Below, piece by piece: positions 40,507 through 54,005 of a DNA stretch of 64,000 nt. The DNA comes from the human T2T-CHM13v2.0 reference genome, Homo sapiens. Position 1 is the stretch's first letter. Each line of letters opens with the position of its first letter. The position numbers were made by a program, and so were the translations under genes. The stretch is from NCBI RefSeq assembly GCF_009914755.1, contig NC_060926.1, one strand, 5' to 3'. The notes beneath the pieces were generated by a model, which was given only the letters and a program-made list of their open reading frames with translations, searched no databases and was not told the DNA's origin.

Positions 40507-40689
40507 CAAGTAGCTCTCAATGTGTGGTCCTCAGATGGGCAGCATCCACTGGAAAAGTGCTAGAAATGCACATTCTCAGGCCTCACCCGAGATCTGCTGA
40601 AACAGAGGCTCTGGGGTGGGACCCAACAACCTGCATTTTAACAAACCCTCCAGATGACTCTGAAGCATGCTCAAGACTGAGAACTACTG
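40507..40689. mobile_element. MER5A
   Basis: 'ctagaaatgcacattctcaggcctcaccc...ttttaacaaaccctccagatgactctga...gagaactactg'. Confidence 0.9.
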
Positions 40690-41314
40690 CATTATGCTAA
40701 ATTTACCCACCCACCCTCTGGCAAAAATAACGTCTAATTGCATTTAACTTTTTAGTTTGATGAGTACTTATCTTGGTGTCTTTTAATTCACCTGATGTTT
40801 CTGTTGCTAACAAAACCAACAAAAACATTGTAAATTTGGTATACTGAAATACAAAATAAGAGTGAAGGAGAAAACATTGGTAGTGAAATCAACTACTATA
40901 AAGCAGTTTGGGGCAATTCAGTTTAGAGACAGGCATTATACCTCAAATACCCAATGAGCATCACGTTATAAAAGCATAGCTCCAAAGATGATAATTTCAA
41001 ATGAGGACCCTTAAGTCACAAAGAGAGGATTAGCTCACATTCATTATTTCCAAATTTCCCTCACCAAAGCACAAATTATTAAGGCATTTTTGAGACATTT
41101 TTATCAAAATGAAAATAAATGTGTTTCACAAATAAAGGAGCAAACTGAGATATATGAAATATTTACTTGTTTGAATATCTGAAGATACTAGAAATGTGTC
41201 CTTAATTTACTCTGTTTGTCTTACATGAAATGTAAACCAATGCTATCCATTAGCTCTTAAACATGTTCCACCTGGTGCATGTTGCAACTGCTCCAGCCCT
41301 GTTGTATAGGACAA

Positions 41315-41368
41315 GACTCAGTTTTTTCAGAATGAACAGACCAAGTAAGACCAATTACTTATTGTCAT
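41315..41368 (+). repeat. Copy 2 (54 bp) of a dispersed direct duplication
   Basis: gactcagttttttcagaatgaacagaccaagtaagaccaattacttattgtcat. Confidence 0.95.
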
Positions 41369-41574
41369 TGAAGTTTGTGGTTTTTGATCAAATTTTATAA
41401 GAGCACAATATGATGTGTTTAATCATCATGGTGGCCACTCTTTATACATGACTTTTTAAAAACTTAAATGCAAACTTCACAACCTTTGCCTCATACTGAA
41501 TGAGGCCTCATAACAAGCCCTCCAGATGACTCTGTACCAGTAGAAGTACTGGTACCTCAGTACCAGCAGAAGTC

Positions 41575-41700
41575 TGATTTCATATTCAATGAGTATTTGT
41601 TGAAGGAGAATATTTGTGCCTGTGTTCTGCTGGGCATTTCTGAAGGATATTGACCAGGACAGCATATAAATCCTATCCTAGCTGTGACCTAGATTGGCAC
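41575..41700 (-). mobile_element. L2 3' end fragment
   Basis: 'attcaatgagtatttgttgaagga...tgtgcctg'. Confidence 0.5.
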
Positions 41701-42124
41701 AATGGCAGAAGGAATATCTCTGAGAATTTACATCCTGGGAGAGGCAAATTATTCAATCAGTCAACTAAGGAGCAAAACATTGCTAAATTCAACCGGAAAA
41801 AAAAAGTTGAAATTTTCTCATATTCTCTGTCATCTAATATCCGGTATGTTTTTATCCATTCAGTTACTCTTCTCTGGATTTCAAATAGAATTTCTAATAA
41901 TAAATGTGCACCAATTCTATCATCAGGCTATTTATGTTCTTTATATTTCTGTTCTTGATAATTACATGCTAGTCTTTGAATATGAAGATAATGCTTCTGA
42001 CCCAATATTCACAATGCATGTGCCTTGAGTTGTTATGTTTTGCAAGAGAAATAAGTTTATATTGATCTGATGCACTCTCTTTCCCAGTCTTCATGTGACC
42101 AATAGCAGCAACTGCAAGACTGTC

Positions 42125-42212
42125 ACCTGAGTGTGGCTTGCAACCAAGCACATGTGGGAATTCAGTGAAGGCCCCGGTCTTGGCCTCATTATCAACAGGA
42201 ACCAGCTGAAGA
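42125..42212 (-). mobile_element. tRNA-derived SINE relic (MamSINE1-like)
   Basis: 'catgtgggaatt...cttggcctcattatcaac...aaccagctga' matches the antisense tRNA-like head (consensus 'cttggcctcattagcacc...aaccaactgag'). Confidence 0.45.
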
Positions 42213-42779
42213 CAGTGGTCACTCTTTATCCATGTAAATAGACACTATAATTTATTTTCAAAAAATCCAAAGGACAAAATTTAAGACCATTGTAATACCA
42301 GAAATTTGTGCTGTGGGTACTTGGATGATGACAGTTGATAAACCTGGGAGGTTTACAATGGCTAGATTGTCAGAAGGGATTAAATGTATGTTCTAATAAT
42401 AAAAGAACAAGAAAAAAGAATGCCGTGGTGATGTGTAAATGTAAAATACAGTGGTACATGTTATGAAAAACAAAAATCAATCCATGAACTTTGAAATGAA
42501 GGGAGATAGTTCTGAGAGAACTAGAGGAACTGGACTTGAGATCCAAGTATACAATTTACTCAATTTATTTTTTATAGATACTTTAAGTATGGAAAATTTA
42601 ATTTTATTATTATAGACAGTAAGGTATAATACAGAACATAAAGTCCCTTAAATTAAGGTGGTTATAGATCCTGGTTTTCTTGACACTCCTATATCACACT
42701 GATGGTTCCTGTGTGAATATTAACATTACCCCCTTCAATTCACAAGTGTCTTGCGGTGTGTGTGCACGCACGTGTGTAG

Positions 42780-43140
42780 CTTTTGTTTTTATTCTTGTTT
42801 GTTTTGCAAAAATGAAATGAGAGCAAACATGTGATCCTGAGACTTTCTTCACTAAATATGTATCTTAGAATCTTTATTTTTCTTATTATTCAAAATAATT
42901 CCTTTTTTAACCTACTACTTACTCATCATTAAATAGTTACTTAATCCTCTTTGAAAACCATTTGCATTGTTTTAAATTTTGCCCTACTGCAAATAATTTC
43001 ACCACATTCTTTTAAGCTATAACTGTGCATGTTTTAGTATTTCTGTAGGTTAAGTTTTTGGAAATGGTATCGGCTCAAAAAAATTAACATTAAAATCATA
43101 ATCAATATTCCCAAATATAGATACATTTTTGAATCTTCAA
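42780..43140 (-). mobile_element. Degraded L1ME-type fragment
   Basis: 'catttgcattgttttaaattttgc', 'gtatttctgtaggttaagtttttggaaatggtat'. Confidence 0.5.
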
Positions 43141-43904
43141 TTTCATCATAAAATTTCAACTTTCCTTAATAATACTTCCAATTTAAACTAAAGAGTTTTG
43201 ATTGTTTAGGATCACAAAGATTTCTATCAGAGGGAGGACAAAATGTGAAATGTTTTGTTTTGTAATTCATCTGTCGCAGAAAACATCACTGCTGTTTGGC
43301 AATTGAGAAATTGTCCAAACAAGTACACTATGGACAACAAATGTCATGAACTGCCTGTCCACACTGAGGTTTGAGAGCCACAGGAGACTTGAGACATCTT
43401 CTAAGACAGTTTAAAGAAGTCTCATTTATTTTTTTATACAATGTAGCAAATCAATATATTAAATAATATAAGAACACCAAGTTTTCTTACATATAAAACT
43501 AGAATAACCTATCAAACAAAGCTGTTCCACGTAACTAAGAACTCATTAACCCTGAGGTTCTAGGACTTTATGAAGTCAGTGAAATAGCAGGCAGTAGTCT
43601 CTCATGTGCAACTAGAGCTGCTGATGGGAAAAAGTACAATATCCCAGATTTTTCAACGATGTGGCTGGATCGTTGGGTGTGAGAAATGCACCAACCCTGA
43701 CTCAGAGATGCCCTCTCTTGCTCATCTTCCCGTCGTTGTGGCGCTGAACACCTGTGCCCACCCATAGCAACCTGTGACCAAGTGCATGGGTACAAACACC
43801 TTCCCTTTCTTCCTGTCTTTTTTCTTTCCCTCATTTCCCTTTATTCATTCCTCTATCCTTCTTCCTCCCCCTCACAACGCCAACTCTTTTCATATCATCA
43901 ACAA

Positions 43905-44150
43905 ATGGCAAGTACAGGCCCTGAGGAAGACACAGATGACTAAGACAGAGATTCTGCCCTTAAAAAGCCCATGATCTAGTCTGGGAGACTGACATATAAT
44001 CGGACGATCAGACAGCCTGATGAACACCATGATCATGTGCCTGACACCTTAGAATAAAGAAAATGTGGCAATGCATGTGGCTAAGAGGAATCAGGACAGC
44101 TTTGCAGAGCACCTGGCATTTGTGATGTGCCTGGAAGTTCATTGTCTTCA
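43905..44150 (-). mobile_element. L2 fragment
   Basis: 'acacagatgactaagacagagattctgccctt...tctagtctgggagactgaca'. Confidence 0.6.
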
Positions 44151-44359
44151 AGTGTAGAAGAACACCGTTGGGGCACATAGGCTGGACCCAGGAACCCTGG
44201 ACCCTGCAACAAACACAGGCTTCTGAATGGAAGATAGGTGACATTGTCGCTGCCCTCAGTCACTGCCCTGGCTTGCCCAGAAGGCAAGAAATTAAGTTGT
44301 TATAGGTGGTGTGTACTTGTACTTAAAGATGTCACTGCTAACTGAGGGGAAATAAGCCC

Positions 44360-44668
44360 CTGAAGATTGTTAGGGCAGTGAAAATATTCTTTAAGATACT
44401 GTAACGGGAAATATGACATAATACATTTAGCAAAGCCCATAGAACCGTACAACACAGGGACTAAACCCTAATATAAACTATGGATGTTAGTTAATCATAA
44501 TGCATGAATATTGGTTCATCAATTGTAACAAATGTGCCACACCAACACAAAATGTTAATAATAGGAAAAACCGGAGGTTGGTGGGGGGACAGAGTATACA
44601 GGAACCCCGTATATTTTGCTCACATTTTCTGTAAACCTAAAACTGGTCTAAAAATCAAAGTCTATTAC
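44360..44668 (+). mobile_element. L1MC1/2-like 3' end
   Basis: 'aaaccctaatataaactatgga', 'ggttcatcaattgtaacaaatgt', 'ctgtaaacctaaaactg'. Confidence 0.85.
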
Positions 44669-44945
44669 ATTTTTAAACACTCTGAAACAGTATGTCTACC
44701 TCTCTTAGCTCCCTGCCTTTGTGAAAATAAGAGCAGAATTTTGGTTTTCCTTCTTTAGGACAAGAATTATATTTTTTTTAAAAAAAACTCCTCCATTACT
44801 TTTGATATATCTAATTTTTTTTAATTACTGGATCAAACACTTTAATATTAATGAATGTAGAGCCAATAAGATATCCTGGTAGATTGGAAATGGGAGAAAC
44901 AGAGGCATACAGGATGATGCTGAAGTTTTTGGCTTGAGCAAGAAG

Positions 44946-45108
44946 CAGGGATGGTACTAGGGTGAGCCAAGTGAGATGTTGAGGGCATAAAATTTAAGGA
45001 AGCCCTTGCATAGCCATACAAAAGCAAGGTCAGCACTTCCTTGATGCTCTCAATGCCTTAAATATTGTGCCCAAGTGGCTGGCTTGCTTCACCCTTGTCC
45101 CAGTCTTG
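44946..45108. mobile_element. MER91-like palindromic hAT-Tip100 MITE
   Basis: 'cagggatggtactagggtgagccaag...aaaatttaagga' mirrored by 'ccttaaatattgtgccc...cttgcttcacccttgtcccagtcttg'. Confidence 0.75.
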
Positions 45109-45361
45109 ACTGGAACAATGGTGTCACCACCCACTGAGTTGGGGCAGGCTGAGCAGAAGCATGTTTGGGGAGGTTGGATTGAATATAGAAGCCTGGTTCT
45201 GGACATGTTGACTCTGAGATGGCCGTTGAACATTCAAGTGGAGACATCAGGTGGTCAGCTGGATCTCTGAGTCAATACTTTGGGAAAGAGGCTGAAACTA
45301 AAGTTATGTATTTAGAAATTATCACAAGACTAGAGGAACTCATGAGGAAAGTGAGTGCGAA

Positions 45362-45383
45362 TGGATAGATAGATAGATAGATA
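45362..45383. repeat. (GATA)n microsatellite
   Basis: Seen directly. Confidence 0.85.
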
Positions 45384-45767
45384 AGGGAAGAGTTTCAAGG
45401 CCTGAGCCATGAAACACTTCTATTTGTCAGAAAGAAAAAGAGGAACCAGCAAGGAACCTTGAAAAAAAAAGCAGGCAATAAGAGAAGGAACACTGGCAGT
45501 GTATATTCCTGGGAGACAAGACAATGCTTCAAGGAGCAGAGAGTAATAAATTGTGTTTCATGCTGCTACAGTTGAGTTAGACAAAGCTTGAAACTAGAAC
45601 TTTGGTGTCAGTAGCATTGAGATAATTGACAATGTTGACTGAAACAGTTTTAGAGGAGAGAAGACAACAAAAGCCTGAACAGCGTGCCCTGAAGAGAGAA
45701 GAGAGGAGAGAAATTTGATTCTGCAAATACATAAAACTCTTTCAAAGCCTTCTTTTAGAAAGAGGAA

Positions 45768-45800
45768 GGGAGAGAGAGAGAGAGAGAGAGATGAGAGAGA
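45768..45800. repeat. (GA)n microsatellite
   Basis: Seen directly. Confidence 0.9.
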
Positions 45801-47009
45801 AGCCAGAGGAGGAAGAGAGGTCCAGAATTTAGTACTTTCCTGGTTTTTCCAACTTGCATCCCAATCCCTTATCTCTGGGTTTAGCAATGAACACTTTGAG
45901 ATTATAATATTTCTCTCCTCAGAAGGTGAGATGCAGAAGAGGAGATAGGAAATTGAGATAACAACTACTTTATTCTGATGGGTGGGAAAAATTCTATATG
46001 AGAGTTTTTCTACCAAGACACATGTGAAAGGAAGTGGCAACATGTGGCAATTCATCTAAGATCAGCAACTTTTTTTCTCTGTTTGAATTTGTTGATTTGG
46101 AAATTATTTGTCTGGCTCTGCAACTGAATCATCATTTGCTCTACCAGTTTTTCTAAAGTTTCACATGCTGATGCTAGTTAAGAAAGAATACATTTTAATC
46201 TGTCAACTTTTGCTTACCAATGAGGATCTAAAAGTGTGTTCAAAGGTAATTTGAACAGACTCTTTCAAGATAGTGCATCTTTTAGTAGATCCACAGAACA
46301 GTAAATATAACTTGATAATCATGCCAAACATTTCTTTGCATTGTAAAATTGAATTGGCAGCTTTGCATAATAAAGGGCTAAAATTATGAACCACGCAAGA
46401 TTTGCCTGAAACTTGATTGTTCAGGCTCAAAATTCTCTACTGAATACCCTTGTGCTTGCTTTTGTATTTATCCATTTTCATGTAACTGCTTACAGCAGAC
46501 ATTTCTTTTTTTAATCTTTTTTCATAAAAATACATTTTAATAAATATGCCGAACCCACTCTAATAGCATCCATCTATCATATGTATTATATAAATACATA
46601 TTTTACCATTATAATTGACAAACCAGCATTTATGAACTTTGTTCTTTGTGGATGCATTAGGAGCAGTGTTTCTTCATAGGATATAATATTTTATAATTTC
46701 TTATTCTTTACTGCTTGCTGTGCTGTACAAACGGTTATAAAATGAGTTGCTTTTGGGGTGTGAAATGAGTAATCATCAGAGGAGAAAAGCATTAGGGACA
46801 AGAAAGTGGAGTGAGGATCATGAAGCATTTGCATGTCTTTCTCAAGGTCATGGATAAATTTCAGCTCCATGGAAAATCTTGAGAAAGAATCCAGCAAGAA
46901 TGAGATCATGAAATGTTAGCTTTCCCCAAGTAGAAATTCCATAATAGAACTATAAAATTTCTGCTTACAAATTTTATCTTCCAACTTCTACTTGAAATTA
47001 GGGAACTGA

Positions 47010-47130
47010 AAGGGCCAGGAGGGACCCTGGAATTCATCTAGTCTGAACTTATTGTGCATAGGGAAAGCTAAGCTGAGCGACTCTGCAAGTCACACTAATG
47101 TGACGTAGAAAATACTAGAACATAAGGTTC
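47010..47130 (-). mobile_element. MIR fragment
   Basis: 'ggagggaccctggaattcatctagtctgaac...gcaagtcacacta'. Confidence 0.55.
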
Positions 47131-47149
47131 TGCATTACTGTTTCAGGTT

Positions 47150-47560
47150 CATGTTTGTTGCTACAACAAACATTTATCAAACAGCTAGTAGGTATAAGAG
47201 ATCATTTAAACCCACCCTAAAGGATACAAAGTTGAGGAAAGCACTCTTTGCCTTTGCAGAAATCACAATCTATTATCAAACACATGATAGAAATTTCAAT
47301 ATCTAAAACACAAGATCTAATTTGTTAAGTGCCATGGGAATGATATAAGAATTTAAGAAGGGAGAGATACAACAAAGTTTGGGCAAGCCAGTATGTTTCT
47401 TGAAGGAATAACAATTTGTGATGTGAAGGTAAAATCTCAGTAAAGAAAAATGGGGGAAGAAGATGTTAAGCCTGGCAGAAGGAATATTATTATCAAGTGC
47501 AGGACAATATGCTCTAACAAAAAAGAGCAAGTAGCCTAATTTGACTGGATTTCAATTTAC
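47150..47560 (-). mobile_element. L2 fragment
   Basis: 'caacaaacatttatcaaacagcta'...'tttcttgaaggaataacaatttgtgatgtg'. Confidence 0.55.
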
Positions 47561-47804
47561 CTTTACATTTTTCTATCATGTTATTCCATGCCATAAATTA
47601 TGGCAATAGTCTCAACGAACTTGAATATCAGACCAAATTGCCTTGTCTTATGTTGTAACCCACTCAAGTCTCTAAGCAGGAAATAACCTGACCCCCGTTC
47701 TCTGAGATTTAACAACAACAACAAAAAAATTGTGTATCCTTCACTAAAGTTTGTAATGCATTTTGGAAGGAAAGAGTCAAAAAGAATGAATGTGTCCTGA
47801 CCAT

Positions 47805-48220
47805 GTGTATTACTTGTTTGTTCTGAAAGCCATATCCTGCCCCGTTTCCTGCTCAGTTCTGAATGTTAGTCTCACAATTAGGTTTAGCTAAGTGAAGGCA
47901 GGGGAGAGGGCATCCAAAGGGTGGAAGGGAAGGAGAAACCAGACTATTTCTTCTCACTCTCTGTACTTGAGGTCATATCTCTTCTCTGGTTTCGGTTTCT
48001 GTTGTGCATTCTTTGCCATGGTTCCAGCCTGGCAGCTTCAGCATTTCCTAAGCAGTTCCTTCTCCATGATTCCAGGTCCTACTGAGGCCCCAACTCAGAG
48101 AATCCCATAGTGCCACAGCCTCCCTTTGTTGTCCATTTCTGGTATCATAGAGACTTTCTGCTCTTGCTAACCTCTGGGTGCTTCATATTTCCTTATTAAC
48201 CTTTTTGACTCTTCCAATAT
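47805..48220 (+). mobile_element. ERVL LTR (LTR33-like)
   Basis: 'ccatggttccagc', 'ttctgctcttgctaacctctgggtgcttca'. Confidence 0.55.
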
Positions 48221-48619
48221 AGGATATTAAAGAATCATATTACTGAAATGTTAAAAAGCATAACTGCCTTTAGATATAATTAAACAAAGGGCCTCAAACA
48301 AAGTCACCATGGGCCTGCCTCTTTCTCCCTATTCCTGGACTCTTCTGTGCTCTTTTTGCATTGTCTTTGCTGAAGGGCAAGTTCTTTCTATATAGTTGGA
48401 AAGGTGACTGTTGTTTGGCCCAAGTCAACATCCTTATGGCTCATAATCCAAATGAAAAAGAGATTATCTATTTTCCAGAGACCCTGTATTAAATCTCAAA
48501 GTTGAATTTGATTGATTGGCTAGAGGGTAGGGCGATGAAGTTTTCTGGTCTTGGTCATTGGAGGAGGGTAACATGTTATTTCAGCCTCATTCAAGTTTTA
48601 TGGAGTGAGGCCACCCCCA

Positions 48620-48920
48620 CCCACCCCCGCCAACCAGACAGTGATGTGGCAGTGGCGGTGGCAGCATCCCTCACTGAAGCAGCTCTTGCTGGATAGTCTC
48701 TCCCATGTGCAAGTTCCCCAATGCTCTGATAAGAGCTCTTACCTCCCCCATCCCTACAGGCCTGATGGTGGGAATGGCCTTCACCACCACTAGTCCCTGG
48801 GTGCCTCCCTACTCCTAGTGGGTTCCTTAGCTTTGTCCATACCCTGAATGAACTCTTGATAAAACCCCCTTCAGTTATCCTTTTTAAAGCATGCCAACTG
48901 ACCCAGCCAGGACCTGGTAC
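48620..48920 (+). mobile_element. ERVL LTR (LTR33-like) 3' part
   Basis: 'ccctacaggcctgatggtgggaatggc...ctagtccctgggtgcctc...ccaggacctg'. Confidence 0.55.
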
Positions 48921-50308
48921 TTATGGCTTAAATGAATATTTCCACTTCCTAGCTGACAAAGTCAAAACTTAAACATTTTCAGAAACTTACTAAAGACCAC
49001 ACAATGAGGAGTATGTGGGGTTGGGACTGAAATTTTCGTTTATTTGCCTTCAAAGTCTGGATCCTAAAAGAACAATTTCTCCCCTTTCGACAGGCACAAA
49101 CCCAAGAAGATCTATGCCATTGTCATGTGCCTAGTCTGTCTATATTCTACTGAGTATGATGGGCCAGGCAGACAGGGATTTTTGCTTTATTAGTAAAATT
49201 AGCTCTTAAGTTAAAAAAGAAAATAAAAATAAAATGGAGAATCCCCTCTCTTAACACTCACATCTTCATGGCTGACTCCAGTTTGCTTTTCGATAATATA
49301 CACATTCCATTTCTTATACTCTGTGAGTAAATGGGCCCTTCATAAGCCCATCCAAAGGGTAACTTATAATTTTCATTCTGTCCCCTCTCCTTGTACTTTT
49401 CTTAAAGTGAATTGCTAGTTAATGCCTGAGAGAGTAAAACTCCAGATCCAATTTTTTAACAAAATGTATAGTTTTATGTGGAGGAAAATAGGAGTCTAGA
49501 GGATAGTGGGTCTCAATGGACTTTACTCCTCTGAGGAAGGTTAGCAACGGTTATAGGAGTCAGTAGAGGCACCCGCATTAGTCACCAGCTCTGACTGTAA
49601 ACAGTGGAATAATCAGTTTTAATTCTTTACCACTGAACTTTCTCTGGCACCAGATTCATGTAAGTATAATTCAGAAATGTAAAGTGGATAACAGCTTATT
49701 GTCCAAGGCTCCCAGGGACCAAAAAAGAAGGTGCAAAAACAAATGCTTAAAAGTAACTAAGTAACTCTGACCTGTAGCGCTGAAGTTAATTCCCTTTCTA
49801 CATCATTTCCATAATATCTCCATACCCAAATGGTATCCCAAAATACATTAAGGAATTAACTAAGAAGTTACATGGAAAATAATAGCAGCGGTAAAGTGCA
49901 ATTAATGCCATAGGCAGGAAAGGCAAATACACTGATTTAGCTGAGATTTGACACAACTTTGGAATTCAACTTGGCAAAGCAAGAGGGGACATCGGAAAAG
50001 CCATACCTTGCTAAGGGAGAAAGCGGCTTTCTATTCTGAAGCGACTATATATGTGCAGTCATAGAAGGCCCAATCCACGAGAGAAATGAGCAGGGAAGTT
50101 TATGGGAAGAATCCAATGCAAGAAGGCATTTACATGCAGCTAAAGCGCTGATCTTGAGGGGTTGAGGAAGACAGAAACCTTTTTTAATGACAAGGAAACA
50201 AAAGCAGAAATAATACTTTTTAATTATTTTTAAAATCTTACTTGTGATGCATACTTAATGTCCCACAGTTGTGTGGGCTTTTCTCCAGAAGTACAGCTTC
50301 ACAAAGGG

Positions 50309-50622
50309 TTATTTATTTATTTACTTTATTATACTTTGAATTCTGGGATACATGTGCAGAATGTGCAAGTTTGTTACATAGGTATACATGTGCCATGGTG
50401 GTTTGCTGTACCCATCAACCCGTCATCTACATTGGGTATTTCTCCTAATGCTATCCCTCCCCTTGCCCCCAACCCCTGACAGGCCCTGGTGTGTGATGTT
50501 TCTCTCCCTGTGTCCGTGTGTTCTCATTGTTCAATTCCCACTTATGAGTGAGAACATGCAGTGTTTGGTTTTCTGTTCCTATGTTAGCTTGCTGAGAATG
50601 ATGTTTTCCAGCTTCATCCATG
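50309..50622 (-). mobile_element. L1PA7/8-like 3' end (5'-truncated, ~310 bp)
   Basis: 'tctgggatacatgtgcagaatgtgc...cccacttatgagtgagaacatgcagtgtttggttttctg'; TSD ggttattt. Confidence 0.95.
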
Positions 50623-51527
50623 GTTATTTTGAGAAAAGTTTAGAGTAAAATGAAGGATAGACAAAGGCCCTCTGTGGTCAGAGTTTGTGCTCTGAAAGGG
50701 GGTCCCTTTCTCCATGGTGCTAGGTAGTCATGGTGATGCACAGACAAAACAGAAATGATCTCCTTGTTTTCTTCAACAAAGTTCCAATTACTCCCAGTAT
50801 CTTCAAAATGGGTGAGAATGAACCTCTGTGAGTGCAACATGCTCCATGGTTTGTGTTTATTTACTTTATTTTTGCTGTAAGGTTGCAGGCTCCTTTGTAG
50901 TCTACAAACACCTTGAGAACAGGGATGGTCTTTACTCATCATTGTTCTTATTCCTCAGCTCAAGGCCTGGACACATACCAGGCATTTAATAAAGTGAGTT
51001 CTGTTAACCTAATCTTTAAATGTTGATATTGCTTTCTTTTCAGGAGATAAACTTATTTAGGTCACACACATACACACACACCACATGCATTCACACTCCA
51101 GAAAACTAAATCTGACACATACACACACACAAAGAACAACTGATGTAAAAAATAATAATGGTAAATTGAAGGCAATAAAACATTCATTTTTATACTAAAA
51201 TTAAAAAATAAGATACAAAGAAAGCTGAGCATAGAAGATTGACATATACAGAAGCTATAGGAAAACAGACCCACAAAGCATTATTTCATATCTCCATGCA
51301 TTGATTTTTTTTTTCTCTAACTTGGGGAATGAGGTAGAATTTCTATTGCCCCCCACTTTCTGTTGGCTGCTGATGGTTACATTTCCTCTTCTGAGAGTCT
51401 CACATATTGACCATAGATGTTGTTGTCACTAAATAAACCACATGCATCATTAATTAAATACGAATTAGTAAAAAAGGAAAGAGGTATAGTGGGTTGAATA
51501 ATTTTCCCCTAAATTTATGTACATCTG

Positions 51528-52215
<688 letters not shown>

Positions 52216-53309
52216 ACCTGGAACATCAGAATGTGACCTTACTTGAAAACAGAATCTTTGTAGATATATTTGGGATATAAAAAGGATTCTGGAATAAAAC
52301 CACCCTGGATTTACGGTGCACACAAAAATCTAATGCCAGGTGTCCGTATGAGAAGATGGAAAAATACAAAGACACAGGGGATAAGGCCATTTGTAAACTC
52401 TAGCAGAGACTGGAGTTATGCTGCCACAGACCAAGAAATGCCAAGACCCATCAGAAGCTGAAAGAGGCAAGGAAGGATTGCAGCTTTCCAAGGAAGGGTG
52501 TCCCTACTAACACACCTTGATTTTGGACTTCTGACCTTCACAACAGTGAGAGAATACATTCTTGTTGTTTAAGCCACCCAGTTTGTGGTACTTTGTTATG
52601 GTGGCCTCAGGAAACTAATACAGGAGGTTTTCTGTTTAGCATATTATAGGATATTGACTTGAGTAGGAGCTCAGATTCCACAGAGAGATAGTTGGATGAG
52701 GTCTATGTATTAACACCATATTGAATACAAACTCTGTAAGTGGGAAGCATTGTTTCCAGGAAGAGCAAATACCACATTCCAACCATATTTATGGTTGTTG
52801 AGTCAGGGAGATTCCTGTCAACACTACCTTATCAGCAACTGTCTGGCTGAGAGTAAGAATAAACTTTTGCCTCTTTTATATACAGATTTTATGTAGTTAA
52901 TTAAATAAATGTTAATAAAAACCATATTAAAGCAATTTCTAAAAATATCTTTTTTAGCCACTTTTTTTTAGGTCTTCAATAGAATAATGAAATCCGTGAA
53001 AAATCCTCAGGTCTTCAGGGTTTCATCTTGATATCTTATCATTCTGTCAAACTATAGGCTGAGGGAGAGACATTCTGCAGCTTCCCTTAGAAGACCTGCT
53101 TTCAATCTATCTTTCCACAGAGGCATTTTTCAGGATTCCTGTGTCTAGATTTCACCCTGGGAAAACCAGGGATAAAACCATCAGTCACATTAATTGCGGC
53201 CCAGGGAATGTTCAGCTGGCACATGTGACTAGACCAGTGGTAGAAGGCATGCAGGACTTAGGATTTTACATTTCTTTACATTTGGCCTTTACATTTCTTG
53301 TTACAGACA

Positions 53310-53450
53310 TTGTTTATTAATGTCATTTCACACAGGAAAAAAATGAAGATCAGGATATTTAAGTGAATTGCTCAAGATTACACAGCTAGTAAATGACAGA
53401 CTCAAGTCCTGAGCCCGACATAGTCTTGCCCCAGGGCTGTGCGCCATGTT
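53310..53450 (-). mobile_element. MIR fragment
   Basis: 'ttaagtgaattgctcaagattacacagctagtaaatgacaga'. Confidence 0.75.
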
Positions 53451-54005
53451 GCTTTTCTCAAAATGTGCTTAAGCCTATTTGCTTGATCACCCTCCTTCTT
53501 GAGCTCTAGAAGGGCAAACACCATCTGTCTGTTGAAAACAAAATGAGAGTGCCTATTTTTTGCCAGACACTGTGAGAGTAAACAGTGGTTTATAATCCAA
53601 GCTCAAACAGTGTATTGGCTGAGTAAAATTTAATAATTACTTTACATCATTTAGATAGTCTGGTTGGATGATTGGCAGTAATTTTCCTATGTTTTTCACT
53701 CTTTTGAGGAACAGGCTGGCCCTGGGAGACGGGATGGAGTGAGGAGGAAGAAAAGGCCGCATAGCTTTTACAAATCTTATCAAAGTCAAAGGTCTTATGG
53801 ACATACCTTTGCAATATGGAAGTGACTTAAGTGTTATGTGTTTCCACGCACTCTTCTTTTAGTAATTTTTCCATGGGAAAACAAACCCATGACTCAGTAC
53901 AATTTGAGAAAGTAAATCACCTAAAATTTCACAACAGAACTCCCCCCAAATGGTGGTGGGAAGCCACCGTTAGAAATAAATTTCGGTCTACTATTTTTTA
54001 ACTAA

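Larger units (their letters stand above)
44860..45760 (-). mobile_element. L2 fragment, interrupted by MER91
   Basis: 'ggatgatgctgaagtttttggcttgagca', 'ggacatgttgactctgagatg...cattcaagtggagacatcagg'. Confidence 0.8.

Noticed and set aside
45594-46055. 153-aa minus-strand ORF
   Set aside because: It overlaps L2 and a (GA)n tract, and shows no recognisable domain or supporting splice structure.
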